NCBI GenBank assembly: GCA_050298595.1
Contig: JBNKUM010000101.1
Location: 112,131-176,130, forward strand
Length of the DNA stretch: 64,000 bases
DNA from: Gammaproteobacteria bacterium
Lineage (GTDB): Bacteria; Pseudomonadota; Gammaproteobacteria; GCA-001735895
Direction: 5' to 3'
Numbering within the stretch: position 1 is the stretch's first letter; each line of letters opens with the position of its first letter. Below the pieces are notes generated by a model. That model had not been told where the DNA came from. It did not search any database and saw nothing but the letters and a program-made list of their open reading frames with translations. A program made the position numbers and the translations under genes. Shown one piece after another: positions 17,014 to 27,353 of the stretch.

Positions 17014-18849
17014 ATGGTTCAGAAAATCCTGTTCCCCTCAATTTTCATAGTTTTAGGCTGGGGGTTTTGGGTCAGTCCTGACTTTAAAGTTATTAGCGCC
17101 GGCGTCGCAATCTTTCTTTTTGGTATGCTTTCGCTAGAAAATGGATTTAAGGTGTTTACTGGAGGCACTCTCGATAGAATCCTCAAAAAATCCACCGATA
17201 AACGCTGGAAGAGCCTTACTTTCGGCGTAATTTCTACCAGCATTATGCAATCCAGTTCGCTGGTTTCAGTGATTACTATCTCTTTCCTCAGTGCCGGTTT
17301 ACTTGGGCTTTCCGAGGGTATTGGTATCATTTTCGGTGCCAATCTTGGTACGACTACCGGCGCGTGGCTGGTCGCTGGATTTGGACTTAAGGTAAATATT
17401 TCTGCTTACGCCATGCCGATGTTGGTATTCGGTACCTTATTGATTTTTCAAAAATCAAATACGATGAAGGGAATAGGGTATGTATTGGCGGGGCTGGGTT
17501 TTTTATTTTTAGGCATCCATTATATGAAAGAAGGTTTTGATGCCTTCAAGAATACGCTCGATCTCACTCAATTTGCGGTTAGTGGATTTTTAGGTCTATT
17601 GCTCTATACATTGATTGGTACGGCAGCTACAGTGATTATGCAATCGAGCCATGCCACACTGGTTCTTACCATAACCGCATTATCCATCGGTCAGATTAGT
17701 TACGAGAATGCACTTGCTCTGGCGATAGGGGCGAATGTCGGCACAACTATTACCGCTATTATTGGATCTTTAAGTTCCAACGAAGAGGGGCGGCGTTTAG
17801 CAGGAGCACATCTGGTGTTTAACCTGGTAACCGGTTTGATTGCGATTTCCTTTTTACGACAATTGCTCTGGCTTGTTGACTGGATTAGTCAAAATCTGGG
17901 GATAAGCAACGATGATTACACATTAAAACTGGCCGTATTCCATACCTTATTCAATCTGGTCGGCATTGTTGTCATGCTACCGTTTCTTGATCGTTTGGTC
18001 GTTATGTTAAATCGCATCATTCCGACTCCCGCCCCAGCCCGCTTAAAAGCGCGCTTTTTACACGATTCTACCATTGCCTATGCCGATACAGCGACCGAAG
18101 CTGTGCGCAATGAAACTTTTCATATGTGGGAGAACACGCTAGATGTCATTGCCCATGGTCTGCGCCTGCCACTGGATAAGATTCTGGATACCAATATTGA
18201 AATCAGCTCTCTGGTGCATGACTTACCGGTACGTAAGGAGGTTGATATGGACCGCTATTACGACCTTAATATCAAAGGGCTTTACAGCGACATCATCGCT
18301 TATATTAGCCGGGCGAGTTTTAGCTGGGAAATGGAACAGTCAGGCGAGATACATTGGTTACGCAGGGCTAATCAGGATATGGTCGACGCCATTAAGGATA
18401 TTAAGCACTTACAAAAAAATCTTTTGCGCTACGCTAGTTCTCAGAATTCTGTCATAAAAACACAATATGACAAACTTAGAGTTCAGATTGCTACCTTATT
18501 ACGTGAACTCGAATCCATACATCGTGCAGAAACCACTGATCTACCATCGTTAATGATAGATCAGTTAAAGCTGGATTCAGACAGTAGATACTCAGAGCAA
18601 AGCCTTCAGATCAATCAATTTATACGTGAGCGCAAAATCTCTGCGGAAGTAGCAACCTCTCTGATGAACGATCAGGCTTATGTATACAATGTTTCACGTA
18701 AATTAATTGAGATGGGGCAAACGTTATTCGTTAAGCAGAACAAAGATCTCAGTAGTGCTGAGAAAATTGTTCAACTTGATGATAATGAGCTAAGGGAAAT
18801 TCACGATTTTCATCACGAAGAAAATGAGGCTAATTCAAATGGGAAGTAA
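17014..18849 (+). CDS. Na/Pi cotransporter family protein
   Basis: Two QSSS/QSSH repeats, GANLGTT/GANVGTT, C-terminal PhoU-like helical region. Confidence 0.92.
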   Translation: MVQKILFPSIFIVLGWGFWVSPDFKVISAGVAIFLFGMLSLENGFKVFTGGTLDRILKKSTDKRWKSLTFGVISTSIMQSSSLVSVITISFLSAGLLGLSEGIGIIFGANLGTTTGAWLVAGFGLKVNISAYAMPMLVFGTLLIFQKSNTMKGIGYVLAGLGFLFLGIHYMKEGFDAFKNTLDLTQFAVSGFLGLLLYTLIGTAATVIMQSSHATLVLTITALSIGQISYENALALAIGANVGTTITAIIGSLSSNEEGRRLAGAHLVFNLVTGLIAISFLRQLLWLVDWISQNLGISNDDYTLKLAVFHTLFNLVGIVVMLPFLDRLVVMLNRIIPTPAPARLKARFLHDSTIAYADTATEAVRNETFHMWENTLDVIAHGLRLPLDKILDTNIEISSLVHDLPVRKEVDMDRYYDLNIKGLYSDIIAYISRASFSWEMEQSGEIHWLRRANQDMVDAIKDIKHLQKNLLRYASSQNSVIKTQYDKLRVQIATLLRELESIHRAETTDLPSLMIDQLKLDSDSRYSEQSLQINQFIRERKISAEVATSLMNDQAYVYNVSRKLIEMGQTLFVKQNKDLSSAEKIVQLDDNELREIHDFHHEENEANSNGK

Positions 18850-19090
18850 GAAACTACTTAAAAAACTTGGCGATTTTTTTAACCTTGATACGAGAGACAG
18901 ACAGAAACGTAAGGATGAGTTGAATGAGCTACTGGCGCGCTTAAAGAGTAAGGAAGAAGAACTCAAAACGGAGCGTGAGCTGGAGACTGATGAAACTCAA
19001 ATACGCCAACTGGATAAAAAAATTGATCTGGTACATAGCCAGCGAAAGAAAGGTATTTCCGTGTTAAAAGAGATTAATAACGAAGTCTGA
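18839..19090 (+). CDS. Small coiled-coil hypothetical protein
   Basis: MGSKKLLKKLGDFF...; charged and helical; overlaps the end of the upstream gene. Confidence 0.7.
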   Translation: MGSKKLLKKLGDFFNLDTRDRQKRKDELNELLARLKSKEEELKTERELETDETQIRQLDKKIDLVHSQRKKGISVLKEINNEV

Positions 19091-19214
19091 GCTGGTTTTT
19101 CCGATTTCTATTTGCCAAAAACTGCAGCAAAATTTCATTTTCACTCCTTCTGCGCTATCTTTAATGCTGAATTCATAAACCTGGATCAAACAGGGGGGTT
19201 CAGGATCTGCCACT

Positions 19215-20711
19215 ATGTTCTCATTCAGTAAAACCTACAGTGATGGTGAGAATAGCTATCGTCTGATCAGTGCCTTATTTTTAAGGTTACTGGCAGTTAT
19301 CTATTTCATCGCCTTCTTTTCCTTAGCACCACAAATAACCGGCCTGGTTGGTGAGCATGGGATACTTCCACTTAGTCCCTGGCTTGATTTCTTACTTGTT
19401 GATCTAGGATGGTCAGCGTTCCTTCATTTTCCCATGCTGTTCTGGCTGGATCAGAGCGATCTGTTTTTACAATCTATTGCCTGGGCAGGCTGTGCACTTT
19501 CATTTTTACTGTTATTTAATTTATGGCCACGCAGTACCCTGATTATTTTATTTCTGTTTTACCTTTCCCTGGTTAAAGCAGGGCAAACCTTCATGAACTT
19601 TCAGTGGGATGGATTATTACTGGAGGCAGGCTTTCTAGCGATTTTTTTACGTCCGGATTCTAGAATTATGATTTTTCTGTTTCGCTGGCTGTTATTTCGC
19701 CTGCGATTTATGTCGGGGATTTCAAAGTTGGTGATGAATGATCCTTCCTGGTTGGGAATGACAGCATTACTGTATTACTTCGAAACCCAGCCTTTACCTC
19801 ATGTTGGTGCCTGGTATTTTCACAACTTGCCCGAGATTGTTTTAATAACCGCTACTGTAGCGGTTTTGATCATAGAAATCGTATTACCTTTTATGATGTT
19901 TATGCCCAGGCGATATCGCTTTATTGCAGCCTGGATTACGTTGGGATTACAGCTGCTCATCCTGCTTTCCAGTAATCACAACTGGTTTAACCTGTTGAGT
20001 ATTATGCTTTGCCTGTTTTTATTCGACGACAAAGCTATTTCAAGAATTCTACCCCATTCCTTGCAAAGTTGGTTACTCAATGGCTGGAAGTGGCGTTTGA
20101 AACGGCCGATTTCGACATTAAGCGCCAGCTTTAAGAATCTCCTGGCTGTGATTATTGTAGTTGCTGGGGTGTTGAATACAGCAAGAATGTCATTCGCTAC
20201 TCAGTTTGGAGTATTCACTTACGATGCGCTTGATCTGCTGCAACAATGGCAAATCGTCAGTACCTATCACGTGTTTCCCACCATGACCAGGCGCCAGCTA
20301 GAACTAAAGATAGAAGGTTCGATAGATGGGCAGCATTGGAAGGAATATAAGTTTATCTATCGGCCCGATGATCTTGATAAAAGACCTGACATCATAATTC
20401 CACATCATCCACGGCTAGACTGGATGATGTGGTTTGTGACCCTGCATCCGCGCTTTATACCCTGGTTTGATGCTTTTCTAAGCGGTTTACTGGAGAATTC
20501 TCCTACGGTTACCGGGTTACTTAAAACTAACCCATTTGCCGATCAGGCACCAGAAATGCTACGTGTTAAAGTCTGGCATTATCAGTTCACCACCCCAGAA
20601 GAACGCGAAAAAACGGGTAACTGGTGGAAACGAAGTTATCTGGGACTGTTTACACCTTTACCGGGGAAGTACAAAATTGGTTCAAGAGATATTGGAAAAA
20701 AAAGGATGTAA
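19215..20711 (+). CDS. Lipase maturation factor family protein
   Basis: FQWDGLLLEAGF, RFMSGISK, YYFETQPLP, PRLDWMMWF. Confidence 0.92.
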   Translation: MFSFSKTYSDGENSYRLISALFLRLLAVIYFIAFFSLAPQITGLVGEHGILPLSPWLDFLLVDLGWSAFLHFPMLFWLDQSDLFLQSIAWAGCALSFLLLFNLWPRSTLIILFLFYLSLVKAGQTFMNFQWDGLLLEAGFLAIFLRPDSRIMIFLFRWLLFRLRFMSGISKLVMNDPSWLGMTALLYYFETQPLPHVGAWYFHNLPEIVLITATVAVLIIEIVLPFMMFMPRRYRFIAAWITLGLQLLILLSSNHNWFNLLSIMLCLFLFDDKAISRILPHSLQSWLLNGWKWRLKRPISTLSASFKNLLAVIIVVAGVLNTARMSFATQFGVFTYDALDLLQQWQIVSTYHVFPTMTRRQLELKIEGSIDGQHWKEYKFIYRPDDLDKRPDIIIPHHPRLDWMMWFVTLHPRFIPWFDAFLSGLLENSPTVTGLLKTNPFADQAPEMLRVKVWHYQFTTPEEREKTGNWWKRSYLGLFTPLPGKYKIGSRDIGKKRM

Positions 20712-20715
20712 AGCG

Positions 20716-21060
20716 ATGAAAAAAATTTGGCCGTTAGTCTGTTTAATATTTTTGCTGGAAGGCTGTAGTTATGCGGACGTTGTTATCACGGGGCCTGTGT
20801 CCGATGAAATCGACTCTGCAAAAGTTACCGTCTATTATGACAAATTACCACAGTGCGACATCACCACAGTTGCATATATCCGAGTGCCGGGTGATTTTTT
20901 AAACCGACAGAGCTTGATCAATGCATTTAAGCAAAAAGCTTCTCAGCTGGGCGCTACTGCCGTCCAGGTTATAGATATACAAAAAACTGGGGCCTCCAGC
21001 TTTAATGGCTCTGCTCGCGCAATACAATGCGCGTCGAGTCAAACTATGGATTCAGATTAA
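20716..21060 (+). CDS. Small lipoprotein
   Basis: MKKIWPLVCLIFLLEGC lipobox; KQKASQLGATAV resembles YbjQ/RcsF-like small folds. Confidence 0.7.
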   Translation: MKKIWPLVCLIFLLEGCSYADVVITGPVSDEIDSAKVTVYYDKLPQCDITTVAYIRVPGDFLNRQSLINAFKQKASQLGATAVQVIDIQKTGASSFNGSARAIQCASSQTMDSD

Positions 21061-21062
21061 TA

Positions 21063-21185
21063 TCAGTCTGAATTCAGATCTTCTTTAGTGTCGTCGTCAT
21101 CCTTGTTTTCTTCGCTGTTGTCATCAGCATCTAATATTCTTTCCTTATCTTCATCGGTTAAAATGACTGTATCATCCTCTGCCAT
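21063..21185 (-). CDS. 40-aa highly acidic small protein (absent from the ORF track)
   Basis: MAEDDTVILTDEDKERILDADDNSEENKDDDDTKEDLNSD; SD GAGGTG; starts 16 nt after the upstream gene. Confidence 0.6.
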   Translation of the reverse strand: MAEDDTVILTDEDKERILDADDNSEENKDDDDTKEDLNSD

Positions 21186-21201
21186 AACTACACCTCTTGT
21201 T

Positions 21202-22365
21202 TTATTTGCCGGGCCAGTAATCTGTGGCAATTGCCTGACCCAAATCGGCCTTTATCAGTCGTTTACGAACCTTTTGTAGATGGTCTATCAACTGTGGTTC
21301 GGTTTTTTCGTAAGCGTCTGCGTCAGGAGATCGTTTTACTACAACCCCGAGCAATTCGGTTATCGCATTGCCTATAGAGTTCTGGCTAATGGTCACAATC
21401 CAGCTTCCGGAGTCATTCCTATATATTAGTTGTTTAAACGCAGGTTGCCAGCGAATTGCATTGGCATATTTTGCATCTTTTACACATTGCTCTCGTACAA
21501 TCTTGGCTGTGCTTAAAAAGTCGTTGTTAAACAGTAGCTTATCTGTCACCTGTTGTGGGAAATAAACATCTTTGGGTATAGGTGCATTGCGAGTAGAAAC
21601 CTGAGTGAAAAAGGTTCGATAAAAATCGATGAAACCCTGAAGCAGTAAATCATATTCACGCCAGAACTGTACCTGTTGAAGGCTATCGATACCGCCACTT
21701 ATTTCCCAGCATGGCAGTCCCTGGGGGTAACCAGTAAGCTTGATTTGAGATTGTTCGCTGCTGGCCGGTTTGAGGATTTCCAAATCCAGCGTATCAAAAA
21801 AAGCTCGGTAAACATCACGCATAAAGCTCTGGAACAGGCTGTGCTGTCCGCCATCGGTGAGGTTTGGGTTATCGGGATCAGCAAGCGGTGCTTCGTGTAG
21901 CTGCTGCTTATCGAACACAATAAAATGATTATGCAGCATGCGAATGCTTGGAACACCCGGTGATGTCATTGGCCAGGTAGCATCCAGACTGGCTTCTCCA
22001 CACAGGATCAAATGTTTTTGGGGATCAGGAAAAACTTCATGCATATAATCGATCAGAATCTGATTCATCCGATTCCATACGTTACGTACATTTTCTGGTA
22101 CCTGTGTACGCCTTACCGGGCGACCCAGTGGATCTAGAATTATCTGTGACGTGTTGTAGATAATCGAGGTATCGAAAATATTGGAGTGTCCCAAAGCTTT
22201 TCGATACATTAACAGGTTTTCCGCATTCTGCAGCAATCCGTTATTGTTGACCAGATCGTTGAGGTTTTCAGTGCTGTTGAAAAATTCGTTTGGCTTCATA
22301 CCCTCGGGTACGTCCAGTGGAATAGGGCGAAAAGGGGTACTGATTTCTCGGGGGCCGATCTGCAT
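21202..22365 (-). CDS. Conserved-looking hypothetical protein (387 aa), possible HIT-like HxH motif
   Basis: Long ORF with RBS GGAG; RMLHNHFIVF. Confidence 0.75.
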   Translation of the reverse strand: MQIGPREISTPFRPIPLDVPEGMKPNEFFNSTENLNDLVNNNGLLQNAENLLMYRKALGHSNIFDTSIIYNTSQIILDPLGRPVRRTQVPENVRNVWNRMNQILIDYMHEVFPDPQKHLILCGEASLDATWPMTSPGVPSIRMLHNHFIVFDKQQLHEAPLADPDNPNLTDGGQHSLFQSFMRDVYRAFFDTLDLEILKPASSEQSQIKLTGYPQGLPCWEISGGIDSLQQVQFWREYDLLLQGFIDFYRTFFTQVSTRNAPIPKDVYFPQQVTDKLLFNNDFLSTAKIVREQCVKDAKYANAIRWQPAFKQLIYRNDSGSWIVTISQNSIGNAITELLGVVVKRSPDADAYEKTEPQLIDHLQKVRKRLIKADLGQAIATDYWPGK

Positions 22366-22456
22366 TTATAACTTGCTCCGGTAAATAGAAGCGGACTAGG
22401 ATACCGCAATTCAAACTCTCTGGGACTTCAAAAAAATTTAGCATGCTATTGATCAA

Positions 22457-23314
22457 ATGAATCTATCCAATAACAGCAAAGGAATTTCGCTTGCTTTACT
22501 GGGCATTATCACATTAAGCCCAGATAGCCTGTTGATTCGTTTGATTGATACCGATATATGGACTACTACTTTTCTTCGCAGTTTATTTGTTGGACTTTCT
22601 TTGCTGGTGTTTATGCTCGTCTTCTATCGAGGTGAGACGTTGCGGCAGTTTAAACAAATGGATCGCTATGCTTTATTAACCATTGTATTTATAGCCGGTA
22701 CTAATTTCTTTTTTATAGCTTCTATACAAAGTACAAGCGTTGCACACACTCTGATAATCGTGGGTGCCGCGCCAGTAGTGGCTGCTATCCTTGGTCTGGT
22801 TTTTATTCACGAAAAAGTCACTCGGCAAACCTGGATTACTATTGTTGTCGTCATTATCAGTCTGATTTTTGTTGTATACGACAACCAGAAAAGTACTTTG
22901 ACAGGAGACCTGTATGCCCTGGTCGTGCTTTTTTTGTGGTCTAGCGTATTCATTTTTGGCAGACTTACCACTACAAGTAATATGCTTGGCGCTATGTGTA
23001 TCAGTGGTTTTATCAGCGCTAGCTGGTCCTATCCATTGGCGAATTTATCAGGTCTTGCCACTCATCAGTTTGGGCTTAGCTTATTGCTTGGTTGTCTGGT
23101 CGGTGCAGCCTTATCACAAATTACCCTGGCTCCTCGATTCATCCCAGCTGCAGAGGTAGCGGTTTTTATGCCACTGGAAACCGTGTTTGGTAGCTTGCTG
23201 GTATGGTGGGTTCTAGGTGAATATCCTGGCTTACTTTCTTTTTTTGCCGGTAGCATTATGGTATTGGCAATTATGTTGAGCAGTTACGTTCAGATAAAAC
23301 ACTCAACTTCTTGA
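22457..23314 (+). CDS. DMT/EamA family transporter
   Basis: About 10 TM helices; APVVAAILGLVFIHEKV and PAAEVAVFMPLETVFG..WWVLGE. Confidence 0.88.
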   Translation: MNLSNNSKGISLALLGIITLSPDSLLIRLIDTDIWTTTFLRSLFVGLSLLVFMLVFYRGETLRQFKQMDRYALLTIVFIAGTNFFFIASIQSTSVAHTLIIVGAAPVVAAILGLVFIHEKVTRQTWITIVVVIISLIFVVYDNQKSTLTGDLYALVVLFLWSSVFIFGRLTTTSNMLGAMCISGFISASWSYPLANLSGLATHQFGLSLLLGCLVGAALSQITLAPRFIPAAEVAVFMPLETVFGSLLVWWVLGEYPGLLSFFAGSIMVLAIMLSSYVQIKHSTS

Positions 23315-23364
23315 AGTTTAAAGCACGTGATATAGTCCAAAGCCTCAGCTAAAGGAAATTCCTC

Positions 23365-23961
23365 ATGAAATCAACAGATGATGTATTTATTAATTCGGTC
23401 AGGCAGTGGTTTGAAAAAGCTGTGCTGGGGCTGAATCTGTGTCCTTTTGCCTTTCGTCCTTATAAGCAGGGGACGATTCATTTTGAGTTGAGTCATGCAG
23501 TGGATGATGAAACTTGTCTCACTGATGTGCATGACCAGCTGTCAAAAATGGAAAAGGATGAGTCGATTGAAACAATGATATTAATCATTCCTCATCACCT
23601 GACTCACTTTGATGATTATAACCAGTTTATGGCTTTGGCAGAACTTTTACTCGAACAACAAGGTTGGGAAGGTGTGTTCCAGATAGCCAGTTTTCATCCT
23701 GACTATTGCTTTGAAGGAGCCGAGCCAGATGATCGTGCTAACTGGACCAATCGCTCTCCATTTCCATTGCTACATCTCATTAGAGAGCAGTCGATATCCG
23801 ATGTGATTGACGCTAATGCGAATGTAGAGCAGGTGCCTCATACCAATATTAAAAAACTAAATTCTCTGGATGATGCAGCCATGCGCGAGATATTTGGTCG
23901 ACGTTTTGAAGATTCAGTATCCAGAGTATCTAACCCTGAAGGTAAAAAAATACCGGAATAA
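23365..23961 (+). CDS. DUF1415 family protein
   Basis: WFEKAVLGLNLCPFA, QIASFHPDY, TNRSPFPLLHLIRE. Confidence 0.88.
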   Translation: MKSTDDVFINSVRQWFEKAVLGLNLCPFAFRPYKQGTIHFELSHAVDDETCLTDVHDQLSKMEKDESIETMILIIPHHLTHFDDYNQFMALAELLLEQQGWEGVFQIASFHPDYCFEGAEPDDRANWTNRSPFPLLHLIREQSISDVIDANANVEQVPHTNIKKLNSLDDAAMREIFGRRFEDSVSRVSNPEGKKIPE

Positions 23962-24193
23962 ATCCAGTATTTTCCCAGCTATTCAAAAGGTGATCAGATT
24001 CGGTGAGTCGAGTGGCGCTGTCCTGGGCAGGGTCTTTTTCTTTTACTTCAGGTTGTTTTTTTGATTCCTGTGTCATGATTATGTCCGCCTGTTAATTATA
24101 ACATCTAGATATTCGCATGTACTAATATGCTAACTCAATGGCTGTGATTGTAGAACAATAAAGGGATAGGGTAGAATCAGCAAAATTTTTGGG

Positions 24194-24619
24194 ATGTCAT
24201 TAGCTATGAAATTTTCCTTATCCAGTTTCGGTTTACGCTTTCTGTTTTCAGCCATTTTGTTGTTTACAACCTATAACCCGGAAGGCTATTCCTACTTTCA
24301 CTGGGTGAAAGAGGTCTTTCCTTCTGTATCCATTGAACAGGCATTTGTTGGCGTCGTACTTATCATTGGCTACGTCATTTACCTTCGTGCAACCTTACGC
24401 TCGCTAGGTGTCATCGGTTTAGCGCTGGCTTTTGCTTTTTTTGGTCTGTTAGTGGGTATGTTATTCAAATGGGGCTGGATTAGTCTCGATGGTCAAAAAA
24501 TGCTGTCTTATGTAGTAGAAATACTGCTTGCCGTGATACTCGCGGTAGGTATGTCCTGGTCACATATTCGTCGCCGTTTGTCGGGGCAGGCGGATATGGA
24601 TGACGTCGATGAAAGCTAA
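24194..24619 (+). CDS. Membrane protein (DUF6524-like)
   Basis: TYNPEGYSYFHW, RATLRSLG, GMSWSHIRRRLSGQ.D.DDV. Confidence 0.75.
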   Translation: MSLAMKFSLSSFGLRFLFSAILLFTTYNPEGYSYFHWVKEVFPSVSIEQAFVGVVLIIGYVIYLRATLRSLGVIGLALAFAFFGLLVGMLFKWGWISLDGQKMLSYVVEILLAVILAVGMSWSHIRRRLSGQADMDDVDES

Positions 24620-24706
24620 TCTGGCCCCTAATTATACTGGCACCTTGTAAAATTGATAATTTACTTCTAGAATCAGTTGTAACTTAATGAAAATATAAGA
24701 AATCTT

Positions 24707-26668
24707 GTGAGAGGTTTTATCAACAATCTTTTAGCTACCAGTATCGGCAAAATTTGTATACATTGTTTACTGATATTTGGGTTTCTCAATATATCACTGG
24801 CTCATGCTTCCATAGAAGAACAGAGAGTTCTTTTTAAAAAGGCCGAACATGCTTTGCTTAAAAATGACAAACTCGAGTTCGCTTTAATTAAGAAACGTCT
24901 TAAAGATTACCCAATTACAGCCTATCTAGAATACGATCAAATTCGTAAACGGCTTAAAAAAACAAAACCCAAAGAAGTAAAAGAATTTCTTGAACAATAT
25001 AAAGGTTACCCATTTGTCTATCATTTACGCAGCCAATGGTTGAACCTGCTGGCTAAACAGAAAAAGTGGAAAGAGTATCTGGATTTTTATGATGGTCGTA
25101 ATGAAACTCGCTTTAAATGCCAGGCGTTAAATGCACGTCTTAATACTGGTACTAAACTGCTAGGTATCAATAAGGAAATTCGAGCCATCTGGCTTTCCGG
25201 TTATTCACAACCCGAACAATGCGACCCAGTGTTTAAGCATTTTATCAAAACTGAAAAAAATCCTGAACAGGCAATATGGTTGCGTATTGAAAAAGCATTT
25301 AAAGCCAGGCGTCCCTCACTTGCGAAGTATCTGGCCAGGCAACTCAATACTAAAGATCAAAAGCTGGTCGAAACCTGGTATCAGGCGCACAAAAATCCAG
25401 AAGACAGCTTCACCAAACTTAAAAAGTCAAGAGACAACCTGCTTAATCGAAAAATTATAATTCATGCTCTGAATCGACTAGCTCGTAGGGATAGCCTTAA
25501 AGCACAACAATTCTGGCAGCAGGTTAAAGATAAATATAAATTCGATATCAAACAAAAACAACAAATAGAAAAACGTATAGCCCTGTCTTCAGCTTACCAG
25601 CATAAAGCTGAAGCTAAACAGCTTCTTGAACAATTACCTGATGAGCTTAAATCGGATAACGCTTATCTATGGCTGGCTCGAATCTATTTACGTGACGAAG
25701 ACTGGATAGGCCTTATAAAAACCATCAATGCTATGCCTGAGCGTCTAAAAAAAGAAGCCGAGTGGACCTACTGGCAAGCACGAGCCTACGAAGAAGCAGG
25801 GCATGAAATTAAAGCAAAAACACTCTTTAAGGGCTTATCCAATCGTAGTACTTATTATGGTTTTTTAGCTGCGGATAAATCTAAAAATGATTATGTGATC
25901 AACCAACAGCAACTGACCTCTCGCAGCTTGGCAGAGGATGAAAAATTATTACTCGATAACAAACCACTATTACGCGCTCGTGAGCTTTTCTTTGTGGGAC
26001 GAAATCTGGAAGCTCGGCGTGAATGGTTCCAGGGAATTCGTAACCTTAAGACGGAAGAAATCAAGCAGGCCGCTCAAATGGCCTTCTCCTGGAAGTGGTT
26101 TGATAATGCGATCAAGACCGTGGCTAAAACGAAACATAGAAATGATTACGATCTTCGTTTTCCAATGCCTTTTCAGGATGAAGTGATGCATCAGGTTAGC
26201 AATCACAATCTTGATGCGGCTGTTGTTTACGGCATAATTCGCCGAGAAAGTTTATTTGACCCACTCGCCAGATCTCAAGTTGGGGCGTTGGGGCTAATGC
26301 AATTAATGCCAGCTACGGCCAGAAATGTTGCGAAGTCTCTGGGGCTAAAAAAACCAGTGCAAAATGACATTTTAAATATCAGTAACAATATCAAGCTGGG
26401 TACTCAATATTTTAAAACAGTACTAAACCGTTTTGATAATAATATTCCGCTGGCGGCTGCAGCATATAATGCTGGCCCCAAAAATGTAAAAAAATGGCTA
26501 CCAGAAGATGAACCCCTTCCTGCTGATCTATGGGTTGAAACGGTTCCATTTAAAGAAACTAGAAATTACATACAGGCAGTTTTGGCCTATGCCACTATCT
26601 TCGATAAGCATCTGGGACAAGAGGTCACTATCTCAAGTCGTATGGACGATGTTCGAGCGGCTTACTGA
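24707..26668 (+). CDS. slt: Soluble lytic murein transglycosylase Slt70-like
   Basis: Superhelical N-terminus; RRESLF, GALGLMQLMPATA, AAYNAGP, ETRNY. Confidence 0.92.
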   Translation: MRGFINNLLATSIGKICIHCLLIFGFLNISLAHASIEEQRVLFKKAEHALLKNDKLEFALIKKRLKDYPITAYLEYDQIRKRLKKTKPKEVKEFLEQYKGYPFVYHLRSQWLNLLAKQKKWKEYLDFYDGRNETRFKCQALNARLNTGTKLLGINKEIRAIWLSGYSQPEQCDPVFKHFIKTEKNPEQAIWLRIEKAFKARRPSLAKYLARQLNTKDQKLVETWYQAHKNPEDSFTKLKKSRDNLLNRKIIIHALNRLARRDSLKAQQFWQQVKDKYKFDIKQKQQIEKRIALSSAYQHKAEAKQLLEQLPDELKSDNAYLWLARIYLRDEDWIGLIKTINAMPERLKKEAEWTYWQARAYEEAGHEIKAKTLFKGLSNRSTYYGFLAADKSKNDYVINQQQLTSRSLAEDEKLLLDNKPLLRARELFFVGRNLEARREWFQGIRNLKTEEIKQAAQMAFSWKWFDNAIKTVAKTKHRNDYDLRFPMPFQDEVMHQVSNHNLDAAVVYGIIRRESLFDPLARSQVGALGLMQLMPATARNVAKSLGLKKPVQNDILNISNNIKLGTQYFKTVLNRFDNNIPLAAAAYNAGPKNVKKWLPEDEPLPADLWVETVPFKETRNYIQAVLAYATIFDKHLGQEVTISSRMDDVRAAY

Positions 26669-26682
26669 TTAGCCAGGCTGTT

Positions 26683-27345
26683 TTAATCTGCAGGCATGAG
26701 GTGATCGATAAACCCTTGCTCAATCAGGTAATGCCATGCCTGGATTATATTCTCAGGAAACTCATGAGGAGCCTGATACCCAAGAGCAGGATATTTCTGA
26801 ATCCTTTCGATATCACCAACCATTTCATTGATAACTCCCAGGATGCCAACAATATTTGATACCTGTTGAGGAAAGCTGAGGGTGGGACAGGAAACATACG
26901 AGGTGATTTCGGGCCACTGTGCTTCAGCGGTTAATTTAATCCTGAGTAGTGCATTGGGTTTGGATACAAAGGTCACGGAATTAACTCCCGCAAGCAATTT
27001 TTTTGAGAAGCTAATGTTCTCACCAAAATTTGTGGCTTCTGTCTCCAGTATGATGCAACTGTCATCAACGCCATTAGATAATGCACGTTTCCGGAAAATG
27101 ATCGCTTCAGGGGGTGACCAGATATGTTTTGTCCAGTTCCCTGTTTTGCCACTGATAACAAGCTTATCGGAAAAACCTGATTCGATCAGGTGACAGGCAT
27201 GATCGCAAACTCTGAGATCATAAGAACAGCAAATTACTATCGCATCGGATTTCACTTTTCGATCAAATGAACTCAGGTATTCCCAGAGTTCAGTTGATTT
27301 TTTGATTGTTACTGTATCTATCCGATTATTTTTCATTTCTACCAA
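26683..27345 (-). CDS. YdcF/DUF218 family protein
   Basis: DAIVICCSYDLRV, ISGKTG, EA.IF, ILETEATNFGENI. Confidence 0.85.
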   Translation of the reverse strand: MVEMKNNRIDTVTIKKSTELWEYLSSFDRKVKSDAIVICCSYDLRVCDHACHLIESGFSDKLVISGKTGNWTKHIWSPPEAIIFRKRALSNGVDDSCIILETEATNFGENISFSKKLLAGVNSVTFVSKPNALLRIKLTAEAQWPEITSYVSCPTLSFPQQVSNIVGILGVINEMVGDIERIQKYPALGYQAPHEFPENIIQAWHYLIEQGFIDHLMPAD

Positions 27346-27353
27346 TAGAAGTG

